38,681 bases of DNA from a virus. Lineage: Duplodnaviria; Caudoviricetes. The DNA is taken from IMG/VR virus record IMGVR_UViG_3300005470_000011, positions 1 to 38,681 of that record. One strand, given 5' to 3'. The translations under genes were made by a program, and so were the position numbers. This document shows positions 7,738 through 17,100 of this stretch, in pieces (within the stretch, counting starts at the first letter, position 1; each line of letters starts with the position of its first letter). The notes beneath the pieces were generated by a model that was not told the origin of the DNA, ran no database searches, and was given only the letters and a program-made list of their open reading frames with translations.

Positions 7738-9510
7738 CTATAGTTTTTCTATTAAAGCTTTTAACTTATCATCAGTAGCAAAGCTTTTAGATATGGTATC
7801 AATTAAACTTTGTAAAGATTTACCCTCTTCAGTTATAAAACCTTTCTTATCTAATGCCTTAGATATCTGTAGCCAGTCAATATCTTCTTGGGCTCTACCT
7901 AAAGCCGATTTAATAACTTCTTTTTCTAATTTAGCTACTTTCTCTGTACCAACTAAAAACTCTAAATCTTTAAAAGTAGCACTACCTATATTCATTTGCC
8001 TAAGCTTTTGTATCGCAGCTTTTGGTGTTATCTGGTCTTTGCCTTTAGTAATAGTTTTTAATATAGTTTTACCTATTGCTGATTCCTTAACTGACATCAT
8101 TTTAGAGTAGTCCTCATTAGCTAATTTCCACTCATTATACTCAGACTTAGATAAAGATTTTTTAAGGTTTGCATCAACTTCATTTTTAACATTTACCCAG
8201 TTATTTTTATTCACCCCTTTAGACCTATTAATCATACTATTAATATGAGGCATAGCGTCAACTAAATCTGCTACTTGTAAATTCTCTTTAGATAATATAT
8301 CCTTAGCCGACTTAGCATCGCTAGCAGTTATGTCATCTAAAGCATCAGGAATAGAAGTCTTAATTGGCTTAACTATATTATTGCTTATTTTTAGTTTAGT
8401 AGCCTCATAGTTTTTACCTACGGCATCAATACCTTTATTTATATCATTAGCAAACGTTTGAGTATTAAAATCCGTAGCTATTGCCTTTTCTATAGCTTTA
8501 CGCCTTGCCTTAATATTACCCTCAACTACTTTAGTAGCCTCTGGTGAGTACTGAGCAGACTCTTTTGTAAGTACCGCTCCTTTTTCACCTAAGCTATCAA
8601 CTATTGCCTTAGTCTTATCTGCAAAACTACCATCAGTTTCATTAACTTTAGACCAGTTAGCAAATATAGCCTCAGCTTCATCATCAGCTATATTATTATG
8701 CTCTTTCATATATTGAAATAATTCTCTATTTGCTCCAGCTCCTAATGAATCTAGGATTTTCATTATACCTGCAGTAGCTCCACCAGCTATAACACCAGTA
8801 GTTAGTGACTCGCCTTTTGATAATCCAGAACCTCTAGCTTCACCATAAGCAAGTGACCCCTCTATTATAGCTGCAACCATTTTAGATTGATACTGTATAG
8901 GTAAAGTAATTAAAGTAGGTATAATTCTACCTAATGTCGCAGAACTAAAAAAGTCTTTATCTTTTATAGCGTCATTAATATTAGCTATTTTACTTTCTAC
9001 TTGTTTTATCTTCTCTGGTTGCTCTAGTCCGACTAATTCATTTAAGTCTAATCCTGCTTGTTGAAATCCATACGTAGTTGCAGCTATACCTCTAGTAAAA
9101 TCTTGAGCTCTAGTGTCACCACCAGCAAATTCTACTTCTTCCTTACCATACTTCATTGCTTCAGATAACTTCTTATTTTTATAGGCTTCTTCACCCATAG
9201 TTAACTTATAAAAATTATCTATTATAGATTCATCTCCATAATTACCAGCTTTAACATTAGCTATTCTATTATCTCTATCAGCTTGGATTTTAGATTCTTC
9301 TGTCATTGGTATCTTAGTAGCCTGAGATGCTCGTTGCATAAAAGACTCAGGCATTTGTGAAGTATCACCCTCTTGTACACCAATATCTAATTGGGTAATA
9401 TCTAAGTCTTTTATATTTAACCCACTAACATCTAAATCATTAATGTTAGTTGGTAAACTGCCTTGTTCTGGTATTTCTAAAGCATTTAAGTCTAAATCAT
9501 TTATAGTCAT
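7738..9510 (-). CDS. Putative internal virion (DNA ejection) protein; the C-terminus may continue in the -1 frame to 7616
   Basis: N-terminal INDLD repeats, Gly/Ala-rich hydrophobic segment, helical composition. Confidence 0.6.
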   Translation of the reverse strand: MTINDLDLNALEIPEQGSLPTNINDLDVSGLNIKDLDITQLDIGVQEGDTSQMPESFMQRASQATKIPMTEESKIQADRDNRIANVKAGNYGDESIIDNFYKLTMGEEAYKNKKLSEAMKYGKEEVEFAGGDTRAQDFTRGIAATTYGFQQAGLDLNELVGLEQPEKIKQVESKIANINDAIKDKDFFSSATLGRIIPTLITLPIQYQSKMVAAIIEGSLAYGEARGSGLSKGESLTTGVIAGGATAGIMKILDSLGAGANRELFQYMKEHNNIADDEAEAIFANWSKVNETDGSFADKTKAIVDSLGEKGAVLTKESAQYSPEATKVVEGNIKARRKAIEKAIATDFNTQTFANDINKGIDAVGKNYEATKLKISNNIVKPIKTSIPDALDDITASDAKSAKDILSKENLQVADLVDAMPHINSMINRSKGVNKNNWVNVKNEVDANLKKSLSKSEYNEWKLANEDYSKMMSVKESAIGKTILKTITKGKDQITPKAAIQKLRQMNIGSATFKDLEFLVGTEKVAKLEKEVIKSALGRAQEDIDWLQISKALDKKGFITEEGKSLQSLIDTISKSFATDDKLKALIEKL

Positions 9511-11336
9511 TATCTATTACCTCTATTATAACCTTCTGGTTTAGCATCATTAGTTGCTCCCATAGCACTTAATAACGCTGGACCTTGTCCTGATTGACCG
9601 TTAGTACCATTTAACCCACTTTGTTGATTCATTAATCTAGGGTCAGTTGTAGGTACTGTATTTAAAGCTTTAGCATTCTTATAGAATAACTTAGCTATAT
9701 CATCAGAGTTTCTACCTTTAAGCGATTGAATATGCATACCAGCTATTTGGAAGTAATCTCCTGGATTAGCGTTCAATAAAGACTGACCAGCTGGGCCAGC
9801 TAATATAGCTTCTAATGTTAATCTCTCTATATCATCCGTATCATTATATACTGCTGTAGTAATACTTAGTTCATACTCTAGTTTGCTAAGAGCTGTATCT
9901 GGGTCAATAACAGGCTTCATGTACACTTTACCTGTGTTATCATCATACTCATAGTCATCGTAGTAAACTATCTCTTCTTGTCCCATAGCATTAGGCATAG
10001 TTATAGGTTTATTTAGTTCAGTCCACTTTTCACCAGTTTTATCATCTGTTAATAATAAGAATTGGTGAGCATAATAATATACTTTAGCAGCTTCTAATAT
10101 TTGTTCACCAGTTTGTTCGAATAGAAATTCAATAGTTTCAGTTAAGTACCTTAAAGCAACTACTGCCGAGTTCTGTTGTAATTTAACTTGTCTACCTGAA
10201 GCAGATGAGCCAGCTGAACCTAGAAAACTATCATTCATACCAGTTAGTTTTTGCCCTCTTTCTAGTGCGGCATCTATAAGTCTATACTGTTCAACTATCT
10301 CTGATGACATATTTTCTATCTTAATACCATCAAGGTAATTAACTTCTAGTATAGCATTAACTTTAGCAAACGATACTTTAAACTCTTCAAAATCTTCTAC
10401 CGCACCATCTTGTACGAATACTTTATTAGTATTAACTAATAGTTGTATTTGAATAAGAGCTTGATTAATAGATTTTTGTGTTTCAATTAATTCTCTCATA
10501 ACACCAGAATATTCTGAGTTAGTATGATATTCTAATAGTGTTGGCTGATACTCAAATCTATCTAAATGTGATAAGTCGATAGTCTCTAGAATAGTGTTAT
10601 TACTCCAAATATATGAAGTAATCTTACCTTCTTTATCTTTAACTTGAGTCTCAATAACTAAATAGTTATTATAAACTTTATACCTACCTGTAAAGTTACC
10701 TTTAAACTTATCTGTTAAACTATATCCAGCAATGTTCTCTGTGTTCTGGTTATCAGCTAATTGAGATACTTTTTCTTTACCATATAAATCAACAAGGTCT
10801 TGTTCACCTACCCATTTCCATCTATGTATATACTTACCATCTGAATAATCATCTTTTCTGTGCATAGGGTCTAGAGATATTTCTTCCCATGGAACATGGT
10901 CAAGTGTTATCTGTTTAATTGGCATACCAAGGTCATCTAGCTTACCTGTATCTTTAATACCTATTCTACGACAGCACATACCAGTTAAAATAATATCACT
11001 TTCTAACTTAGTTTTTAATCTCTTAAAGTTATTAACTTTTAATGTGTGGTCTATAGTATCTTGGCCTATAGAAGCTAATAATATACCATCAATATCCGTA
11101 GCTCTAACAACTATATTATTTATAACTGTACTTAAGTAACCAGTCATCATTCTTTTATACATTTTAATAATGTTAAAAGTCTCAGCCGGTTGTTGTCTTA
11201 ATCTAAGAGTAGCTAACTGAGTATTAGTATAGTGTCTATTATGATAAAATTCCATAATTTCCAAAGCTTCATTTCTCGAAGGCTGGTAAGCTTCCATACT
11301 TATAGAGAAGTAATCTTGTAGTGTTTCTATTTCCAT
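9510..11336 (-). CDS. Portal protein (P22/N4-like)
   Basis: FYHNRHY...RQQPAETFNIIK, LDP...DYSDGKYIHRWKW, ASGR..KLQQ; size 608 aa. Confidence 0.85.
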   Translation of the reverse strand: MEIETLQDYFSISMEAYQPSRNEALEIMEFYHNRHYTNTQLATLRLRQQPAETFNIIKMYKRMMTGYLSTVINNIVVRATDIDGILLASIGQDTIDHTLKVNNFKRLKTKLESDIILTGMCCRRIGIKDTGKLDDLGMPIKQITLDHVPWEEISLDPMHRKDDYSDGKYIHRWKWVGEQDLVDLYGKEKVSQLADNQNTENIAGYSLTDKFKGNFTGRYKVYNNYLVIETQVKDKEGKITSYIWSNNTILETIDLSHLDRFEYQPTLLEYHTNSEYSGVMRELIETQKSINQALIQIQLLVNTNKVFVQDGAVEDFEEFKVSFAKVNAILEVNYLDGIKIENMSSEIVEQYRLIDAALERGQKLTGMNDSFLGSAGSSASGRQVKLQQNSAVVALRYLTETIEFLFEQTGEQILEAAKVYYYAHQFLLLTDDKTGEKWTELNKPITMPNAMGQEEIVYYDDYEYDDNTGKVYMKPVIDPDTALSKLEYELSITTAVYNDTDDIERLTLEAILAGPAGQSLLNANPGDYFQIAGMHIQSLKGRNSDDIAKLFYKNAKALNTVPTTDPRLMNQQSGLNGTNGQSGQGPALLSAMGATNDAKPEGYNRGNR

Positions 11337-12718
11337 TACTTAGCTCCTTTATATGGTGATACATTACCATCTTTATCTATAACTATCATCTGGCCTTTAT
11401 AATTTATTGGGGTATTAATAGGTATCATTTTACCTTGTACCTCAATAGTTTCAGCTTTAGGCTTACCAGTATCTATACTTACAGTTTTATCAAACTCATT
11501 ATCAGACTGCTTTAAACTACCCTTGATAAACTCTTGTTGTACCCTAGATAGGTTAGCAGTATAGTTTGTAGCAGTAGCTTTCCATTCTTGCATAGAATCG
11601 ATTAATTTTTGAACTGCAACTTTACCAGTGTAACCTTTCATAGCTGAAGTTAATGAATCTAATCTAACTCGCATTTCCTCTTCATTAAAGGCTGCACCAG
11701 TAATCAACTTAAGTTGGTCAGCAGTTATAGATTCACCTCTAGAAACTAAACCTTCAACCTCGGCTGCAGTCTTTTCAGCTTCTTCTGTACCTATACCATA
11801 TTTCGTAAAGATATGAGTTAGCGCATTTGTAATTCCACCTACTTTATCTTCTTTAATAGCTGCACTTAGTGACTCACTAAAGTCACCAATTCTTTGTGAT
11901 AACTTGGCTGCAGTTCTACCTTCTCTAACCACTTTCTTAGTTGACTCATCTGGTAATATTTCTTTATATAATTTACTATTACTTGTAACAGCTTTATATA
12001 CCTCTTCTGATTTACCTTCATTAGCTAAACTATCTATTTCATTAACTGCTTCGGATATTTTATTTTCATTAGTTAAGCCATTTATTTTTAACATTTTTTC
12101 TTGTATAATTAATTGGTCTTTTAAACTAGGTTGCCCAGCTGTCGTAGCTTCTTTTTCAAGCTTAGCAGTCTCAGCCATAGTTTTCTTTAATTTCCATTGC
12201 TTCTCTAGCTTAGAAAACTTTTCTTCTGCTTTTTCTCTAGTTACTTTATCTTGTTGTTGGTAGTAACCTATTGAAGGTAAAAATGTAGCAACTGGTATTT
12301 GTTGCTCTTTACCACTCATAGAGTCTTTAAATACTAAATTTCCATTACCATCAGATTGAACATCAGTAATCTGTTTTAATCCTAATCTTTTAGCCATAGT
12401 TTTATTAAGCAATGGATTTTCAACATACGCTGATTGTAGGTATCTATCATCACTGCTATTCATCCAGTTAGTTATAGAGTCATAAGAATACTCTTGCACT
12501 CTTTTCTTATCCATTTGTAACATCTGATTTTTAAGCTCATCTACTTGCATCATTAGTTGTTCATTCTGTAAGTTACCTTGAGTTTGTTGTTGCTTAAACT
12601 GTTGTCTTCTCATATTCCCAGCTTCTTTGAGCTGGTTTATGTTTTCTCTATCTAATTCACCTTTAGCCTGCATTTGCATACCTTGGCCAAGGCCTTGTGC
12701 TATTCCTGATACAAACAT
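11336..12718 (-). CDS. Putative internal virion / ejection protein
   Basis: GIAQGLGQG N-terminus, Gln-rich coiled coil, ITGAAFNEEE motif. Confidence 0.6.
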   Translation of the reverse strand: MFVSGIAQGLGQGMQMQAKGELDRENINQLKEAGNMRRQQFKQQQTQGNLQNEQLMMQVDELKNQMLQMDKKRVQEYSYDSITNWMNSSDDRYLQSAYVENPLLNKTMAKRLGLKQITDVQSDGNGNLVFKDSMSGKEQQIPVATFLPSIGYYQQQDKVTREKAEEKFSKLEKQWKLKKTMAETAKLEKEATTAGQPSLKDQLIIQEKMLKINGLTNENKISEAVNEIDSLANEGKSEEVYKAVTSNSKLYKEILPDESTKKVVREGRTAAKLSQRIGDFSESLSAAIKEDKVGGITNALTHIFTKYGIGTEEAEKTAAEVEGLVSRGESITADQLKLITGAAFNEEEMRVRLDSLTSAMKGYTGKVAVQKLIDSMQEWKATATNYTANLSRVQQEFIKGSLKQSDNEFDKTVSIDTGKPKAETIEVQGKMIPINTPINYKGQMIVIDKDGNVSPYKGAK

Positions 12719-12719
12719 C

Positions 12720-13346
12720 TTAATTCCCCCATAAACTTACAGTACCTGGATTATACGCATTAGCATACATAGCCCCTGATACTAGTGAACCTACACCTTG
12801 ACCTGCAGCCGATGCTTGTTGTCCATAAACAGAAGCTTGGTTACTTAATGTATTTGCCATATTTGTAGAGCTGGAAGCTATATTTTGCTGAGCAATATTA
12901 CTTTGCCCCATTCCCATACCTACAAAACCTAATTGTTCTTGTGCCCATTGCTGGTCTGCTTGTGTAGATATTTGTGCTCTATCTTTAGCCCCTTGCATTT
13001 GCATACCCATCATACCTTCAGCCTCAACACCTGAACCAGCTAATCCTCTTTGTGCTAGATTTTGTTGGTATGTATTTTCAGCCATTTTAAATTGCTCATC
13101 ATAAGCATCTAGCCCCATTGTTTTATATTTCTCTGGAGTAAGAGATTTATAATAGGTAGCTAGGTTTTCTTCTGCATCACCATAGATATCTAATGCTCTA
13201 TTATATTGACTTTTTGAAAAATCTAGTTGGCTTTGCGATACATTAGTAGCGCTACTCATAGCCTCAGCTTGGGCATCAGATGCTTTGCTTCCTTCATAAG
13301 CTGTGTAAGCTCCTAATGCTAGACTCCCCCATCCTAATAAACTCAT
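12720..13346 (-). CDS. Putative DNA pilot / ejection protein
   Basis: Gly/Ala/Gln-rich, hydrophobic N-terminus, LAQRGLAGSG motif typical of podovirus internal proteins. Confidence 0.65.
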   Translation of the reverse strand: MSLLGWGSLALGAYTAYEGSKASDAQAEAMSSATNVSQSQLDFSKSQYNRALDIYGDAEENLATYYKSLTPEKYKTMGLDAYDEQFKMAENTYQQNLAQRGLAGSGVEAEGMMGMQMQGAKDRAQISTQADQQWAQEQLGFVGMGMGQSNIAQQNIASSSTNMANTLSNQASVYGQQASAAGQGVGSLVSGAMYANAYNPGTVSLWGN

Positions 13347-13365
13347 AATATCTCCTTATTGTATT

Positions 13366-13397
13366 ATTATATCTAATTTTATCTTAAAATAAAATTA
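13366..13397 (-). promoter_or_regulatory. Putative promoter for the ejection protein and portal genes
   Basis: TAATTTTATTTTAAGA-N10-TATAAT on the minus strand, then an AAGGAG RBS. Confidence 0.6.
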
Positions 13398-14543
13398 ATT
13401 TGTATTTATATTTGAAAATAAATATCTAAAAGACTTTATTTCACCAGTACCTATAAGCTCCATTTCCAGGCTTAGTCCTTCGTTATTTCCTGAAGGTAGT
13501 TTAATCTCTTCTACAACGATAATAGCCGAACTCAAGTCTCCTCTTGATACTTCAACTCCGTCAATATAAACTATAAACTCAAAATTACCTTTATATACTA
13601 AATTAATTTTTTCAAACTCTGTAGGCATATCATATGAGTTACCTATAAACATAGGAGTCTTGTATGTAAGCTCTAGCTCATCACCAACTAAGGCGAGGGT
13701 ATCTTCATACATATTACCATCGTCAAGCTTAGCGTATAGTTTACCTTGGTAGCTATCTATACTAAGTAACCCATACTCTAACTTACTAAATGAAGGCATG
13801 TTATATCTAAAATCAATAGCAATACTATAGTTTGTACCTATTAAATAGTAAACATTATTATATACTTTAGTACCTAATATCTCACCTATGTTATCTAGGT
13901 TTGCTTTCTCTTTCGATATATTACTAATAGCTGAACCTACTGACATTACTAGGCCTTCGTAGTCTAGCCATATTGCGGTATTCTTTACATTATTTATAGA
14001 CTTATAATCTATACAACCTATGGTCTTAGATATAGTAGATAAAACATAGTTATACTTATCTGTCCCACCTAATAGATATGTTTGGTTATTATCAGTAAAT
14101 ATGAGTAACCCTATTGGTGTAGAAGCTAGCCCAGATACTGAACCTCCAACTCTTATACTATTAAAGTTACTCCATGTATTCGGCTTACCAGGTCTAGTAA
14201 AGAATACTTCATTATTTTTAAACGCAAAAAATGTTCCTTTATGCTCTGTTAGACCAATTAAGTTATCTATTATAGCTAAGTTTTGAGAGTCTAAGATATT
14301 TACATTATACTCTTCATTTAAGCTATCAGTATAACTTGTTACCCCTGTACCATCATTTTCTATTTCTGTTATTAGTCTGTAGGTTTGAGAATACCCTCCT
14401 ATACGATATAGTCTAATTGCATCAACGTCTGCATTAGTAGAATAGCTTAAACTGTCCACCTTTAGCTGTTCAGTTTTCTTTAAAAATGTAGTGCTAAACT
14501 TAGGCGCTGATTCGAATCCAGTATCTCTATCATAGTACCTCCT
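13395..14543 (-). CDS. Tail tube/nozzle (head-closure/stabilisation) protein; true start unresolved
   Basis: YYDRDTGFESAP, IRLYRIGG, PGKPNTW, IGC beta-propeller-type motifs. The frame is open 28 codons upstream of the track GTG (14459), which lacks an RBS. Confidence 0.7.
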   Translation of the reverse strand, partial: RRYYDRDTGFESAPKFSTTFLKKTEQLKVDSLSYSTNADVDAIRLYRIGGYSQTYRLITEIENDGTGVTSYTDSLNEEYNVNILDSQNLAIIDNLIGLTEHKGTFFAFKNNEVFFTRPGKPNTWSNFNSIRVGGSVSGLASTPIGLLIFTDNNQTYLLGGTDKYNYVLSTISKTIGCIDYKSINNVKNTAIWLDYEGLVMSVGSAISNISKEKANLDNIGEILGTKVYNNVYYLIGTNYSIAIDFRYNMPSFSKLEYGLLSIDSYQGKLYAKLDDGNMYEDTLALVGDELELTYKTPMFIGNSYDMPTEFEKINLVYKGNFEFIVYIDGVEVSRGDLSSAIIVVEEIKLPSGNNEGLSLEMELIGTGEIKSFRYLFSNINTN

Positions 14544-15769
14544 CTATAATCTATAAATACTGTTTGTTGTGTTTGTCCCATTATAAAATCCTTTTGTGGT
14601 TTGATTAATTGTTTTTGCGTATGTGATGGAGGTAACGATATCATAGATAAGTTCATCCCGTCATAGCTTGTTTGTATTGATACAGTATCTTCAGTTTCTG
14701 TACCTCTAGACACTTCCCCTATATCACCTGAACGTATACTATCACCTCTAAATGAAGGCATACTCCCTGGAGATATATCACCTCTTTGGTCTTCAAAATT
14801 ACTTAGTGCATTTAATGTGTTATAAGTACCAAGTAATCCTATTGACATAGATAGTAACCCATATGTTCTACTAAACGACATAGCGCTAAACCCTTGACCT
14901 ATCATACCGAAGCCTAGCAGAGTACCAGCAAATACTCCTATTACTTCTACTGCTCTAGCCGCAGTTCTAACTGTATTACGAGTAGCCCCAAAAGCCTCTA
15001 GTGCATCAGCAGCTACTTCTGCTCCAAAACCAAACTGAGTATTATTACCATTCCAGTAGTGTGTATTATATGATAATGAAGAGTTACCTATTCCTATGGT
15101 TGTAGTATGGTCCATTATAGACCCATCCATAGCAGTAGAGTAGCTATCCATAGTTTCAATACCAAAGGTTTGGTCATTTACTTCTACATTCCATCCACCA
15201 AAAGCATTCTGATACGACACTGTAGTAGTTTTTGATAGTCCTAGCATACCTGACATTCTATTTACACTAATATCAGACATACCTACTGGTTTACCAGCTG
15301 AGCCTATAAGGTCATCAAAAGCTTGTTGTTCCATCATAGAAGCTATATTGTCATATCCAGTTAAATCACTAAATGATGCTCGGCTAGCATAATCATTATC
15401 TAATGCATCAAATTGCGCTTGAGCCTCTAGAAACTCTGACTCTGATATTCCATTTACTGGGTTGGCTTGCATATAGTTATGCCAACCAATGAGCCCACCA
15501 GAATCGTAGGCATTAGAAGCCTCAGTATTTTTATCTGCTTGAGCTTTCTTCTCCCCTGTTAAGTTGCCATACGAAGTATCACCTGTGCCATCTAGCCCCC
15601 CTTCATCTGTACCTCGCGCTTCATTCTGTTCAACTGATCTTTCGGCATCAGAAAACTCCTTATCAGATACGCTATCGTTATCGCTGCCTTCACTACCAGA
15701 CCCTCCATCACCACCATAGAGTTTTATTGGGGTAAAGAAATAAATTAATAATTGTATTATACTATTCAT
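14480..15769 (-). CDS. Putative virion / ejection protein with hydrophobic leader, Gly-Gly motif and membrane-type segments
   Basis: MNSIIQLLIYFFTPIKLY-GGDGGSG; hydrophobic VIGVFAGTLLGFGMIG and YGLLSMSIGLLG. Confidence 0.55.
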   Translation of the reverse strand: MNSIIQLLIYFFTPIKLYGGDGGSGSEGSDNDSVSDKEFSDAERSVEQNEARGTDEGGLDGTGDTSYGNLTGEKKAQADKNTEASNAYDSGGLIGWHNYMQANPVNGISESEFLEAQAQFDALDNDYASRASFSDLTGYDNIASMMEQQAFDDLIGSAGKPVGMSDISVNRMSGMLGLSKTTTVSYQNAFGGWNVEVNDQTFGIETMDSYSTAMDGSIMDHTTTIGIGNSSLSYNTHYWNGNNTQFGFGAEVAADALEAFGATRNTVRTAARAVEVIGVFAGTLLGFGMIGQGFSAMSFSRTYGLLSMSIGLLGTYNTLNALSNFEDQRGDISPGSMPSFRGDSIRSGDIGEVSRGTETEDTVSIQTSYDGMNLSMISLPPSHTQKQLIKPQKDFIMGQTQQTVFIDYRGGTMIEILDSNQRLSLALHF

Positions 15770-16080
15770 TATCTTATCCTAAACTCTATTATACTGTCTT
15801 TTGATACTGATAGTATTTCTGAGCTAAAAAACTGCACTATAGCTTTTATTTTTGTATAAGCTATCTTTCCAGACAGCTTAGAATAATATTTACCAAGAAG
15901 AGCAAGTTTTTCACTTTTAGTCCCTTTAAAGTAGATATAGTATATATACTCAGTATTACCAACTATTATACAATTTACTCTATTTATAAATATAGTAGAC
16001 TTACCTAAGCAATAGCTTACCATAGTGGGGTCTCCAAATAAAGCTATTAATCGACTTCTTAGCTTTTCCATACTAAGCAA
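15769..16080 (-). CDS. Hypothetical protein coupled to the ketosynthase (possible acyl transfer partner)
   Basis: Overlaps the KS stop and the downstream start (TAATG); no clear motif. Confidence 0.55.
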   Translation of the reverse strand: MLSMEKLRSRLIALFGDPTMVSYCLGKSTIFINRVNCIIVGNTEYIYYIYFKGTKSEKLALLGKYYSKLSGKIAYTKIKAIVQFFSSEILSVSKDSIIEFRIR

Positions 16081-16886
16081 CTCCCATAAAAACTACCTAA
16101 TCCACTAGCTACACATAATACTTTCCCTTTGGCCTTATTATCATCAATAACCTTACAAACTTCTATTAAAGAGCTTGCTCCTTGTGTATGGCCTATAGTG
16201 TCTTTATACAGTATAGTAGGTAAGTGCCCAAATGCTTCTTGTTCAGCCTTATTATTAACTGGTGTACCGGTGCCATGAAGTTTTACCATATCACACTCTG
16301 TAAATATTTTATCATATCCTTCTTTAGTAACTTTAAAAGGGTTGTTATCATAATGTGTTACCCATTTAGTGTCTGTTATTTTAACCTCGCCTTTATTAGA
16401 TAAAACTACACAAGCAAAGCCTTCTCCTAGTGCAAGTTCTATATTACTTTCTTTAAATACAGTTTTTGTTTTGCTAGAAGTTCGTTCTTCAGTAACTATA
16501 ATAACATTGTCTACATCACCAAGCTTTAATAATCTTTCTGCTTCATATAAAGAAAACATACTGCTAGCGCAAGTGTTACTATTAAGGTTCATATAGGTAA
16601 TGTTATTACTTTTATTAAATACCTTAGCGTACTTATGTGCTGAGTAAGACGTTAACTCCTTTATAGTTACGCTAGAATTTACTGTGACTACTCCAGAATT
16701 CCTAGCCTCACTCTGAGATACACTAACACCTATAGCATAAAGTAAGGCCGTTCTGCCCTCTAATTTTATACTACTAAGCTCTTTCTTAAACAGTTTAGTA
16801 TAGTAATCAGTCATATAGATATTATCATCTTCTATGAGCCTATTACCTATGGTGCTATGAGTATAAAAGTAGTTATTTATATACAT
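16059..16886 (-). CDS. Beta-ketoacyl-ACP synthase (FabB/FabF-like, minimal)
   Basis: NTCASS (catalytic Cys), LGEG, KLHGTGT, KDTIGHTQGASS, SGLG: the Cys-His-His triad is intact. Confidence 0.92.
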   Translation of the reverse strand: MYINNYFYTHSTIGNRLIEDDNIYMTDYYTKLFKKELSSIKLEGRTALLYAIGVSVSQSEARNSGVVTVNSSVTIKELTSYSAHKYAKVFNKSNNITYMNLNSNTCASSMFSLYEAERLLKLGDVDNVIIVTEERTSSKTKTVFKESNIELALGEGFACVVLSNKGEVKITDTKWVTHYDNNPFKVTKEGYDKIFTECDMVKLHGTGTPVNNKAEQEAFGHLPTILYKDTIGHTQGASSLIEVCKVIDDNKAKGKVLCVASGLGSFYGSCLVWKS

Positions 16887-17100
16887 TAGTTAGCCTTTCT
16901 ATATCACTAAAGGTTAAGCTTTCAAAGTCTAACTCTTTAAACTCCTCAAAGAATTTAAACTCTTCATTAATAGTTACTAGTAGCATAGTAACACCAAAAC
17001 TATCCAGTTCTGTGTCTACTATCTTCTGGTTTTCATCAATGTATACTCCACCTTCATCTTCAATAGTTTCAATTATTAAGTTTTCTAGTTCTATATTCAT
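16873..17100 (-). CDS. acpP: Acyl carrier protein
   Basis: 75 aa, very acidic, ELDSFG phosphopantetheine Ser motif, INEEF, LTFSD; adjacent to KS. Confidence 0.85.
   Translation of the reverse strand: MNIELENLIIETIEDEGGVYIDENQKIVDTELDSFGVTMLLVTINEEFKFFEEFKELDFESLTFSDIERLTNVYK

Noticed and set aside
7738-14546. Genome-wide TAG stop-codon reassignment
   Set aside because: Genes are intact in code 11, TerL and the endolysin end normally at TAG, and readthrough at 7738 meets further stops
16059-17100. Polyketide cluster or host-derived contamination
   Set aside because: No other PKS/FAS genes; composition and overlapping stop/start codons show integration in the phage late operon
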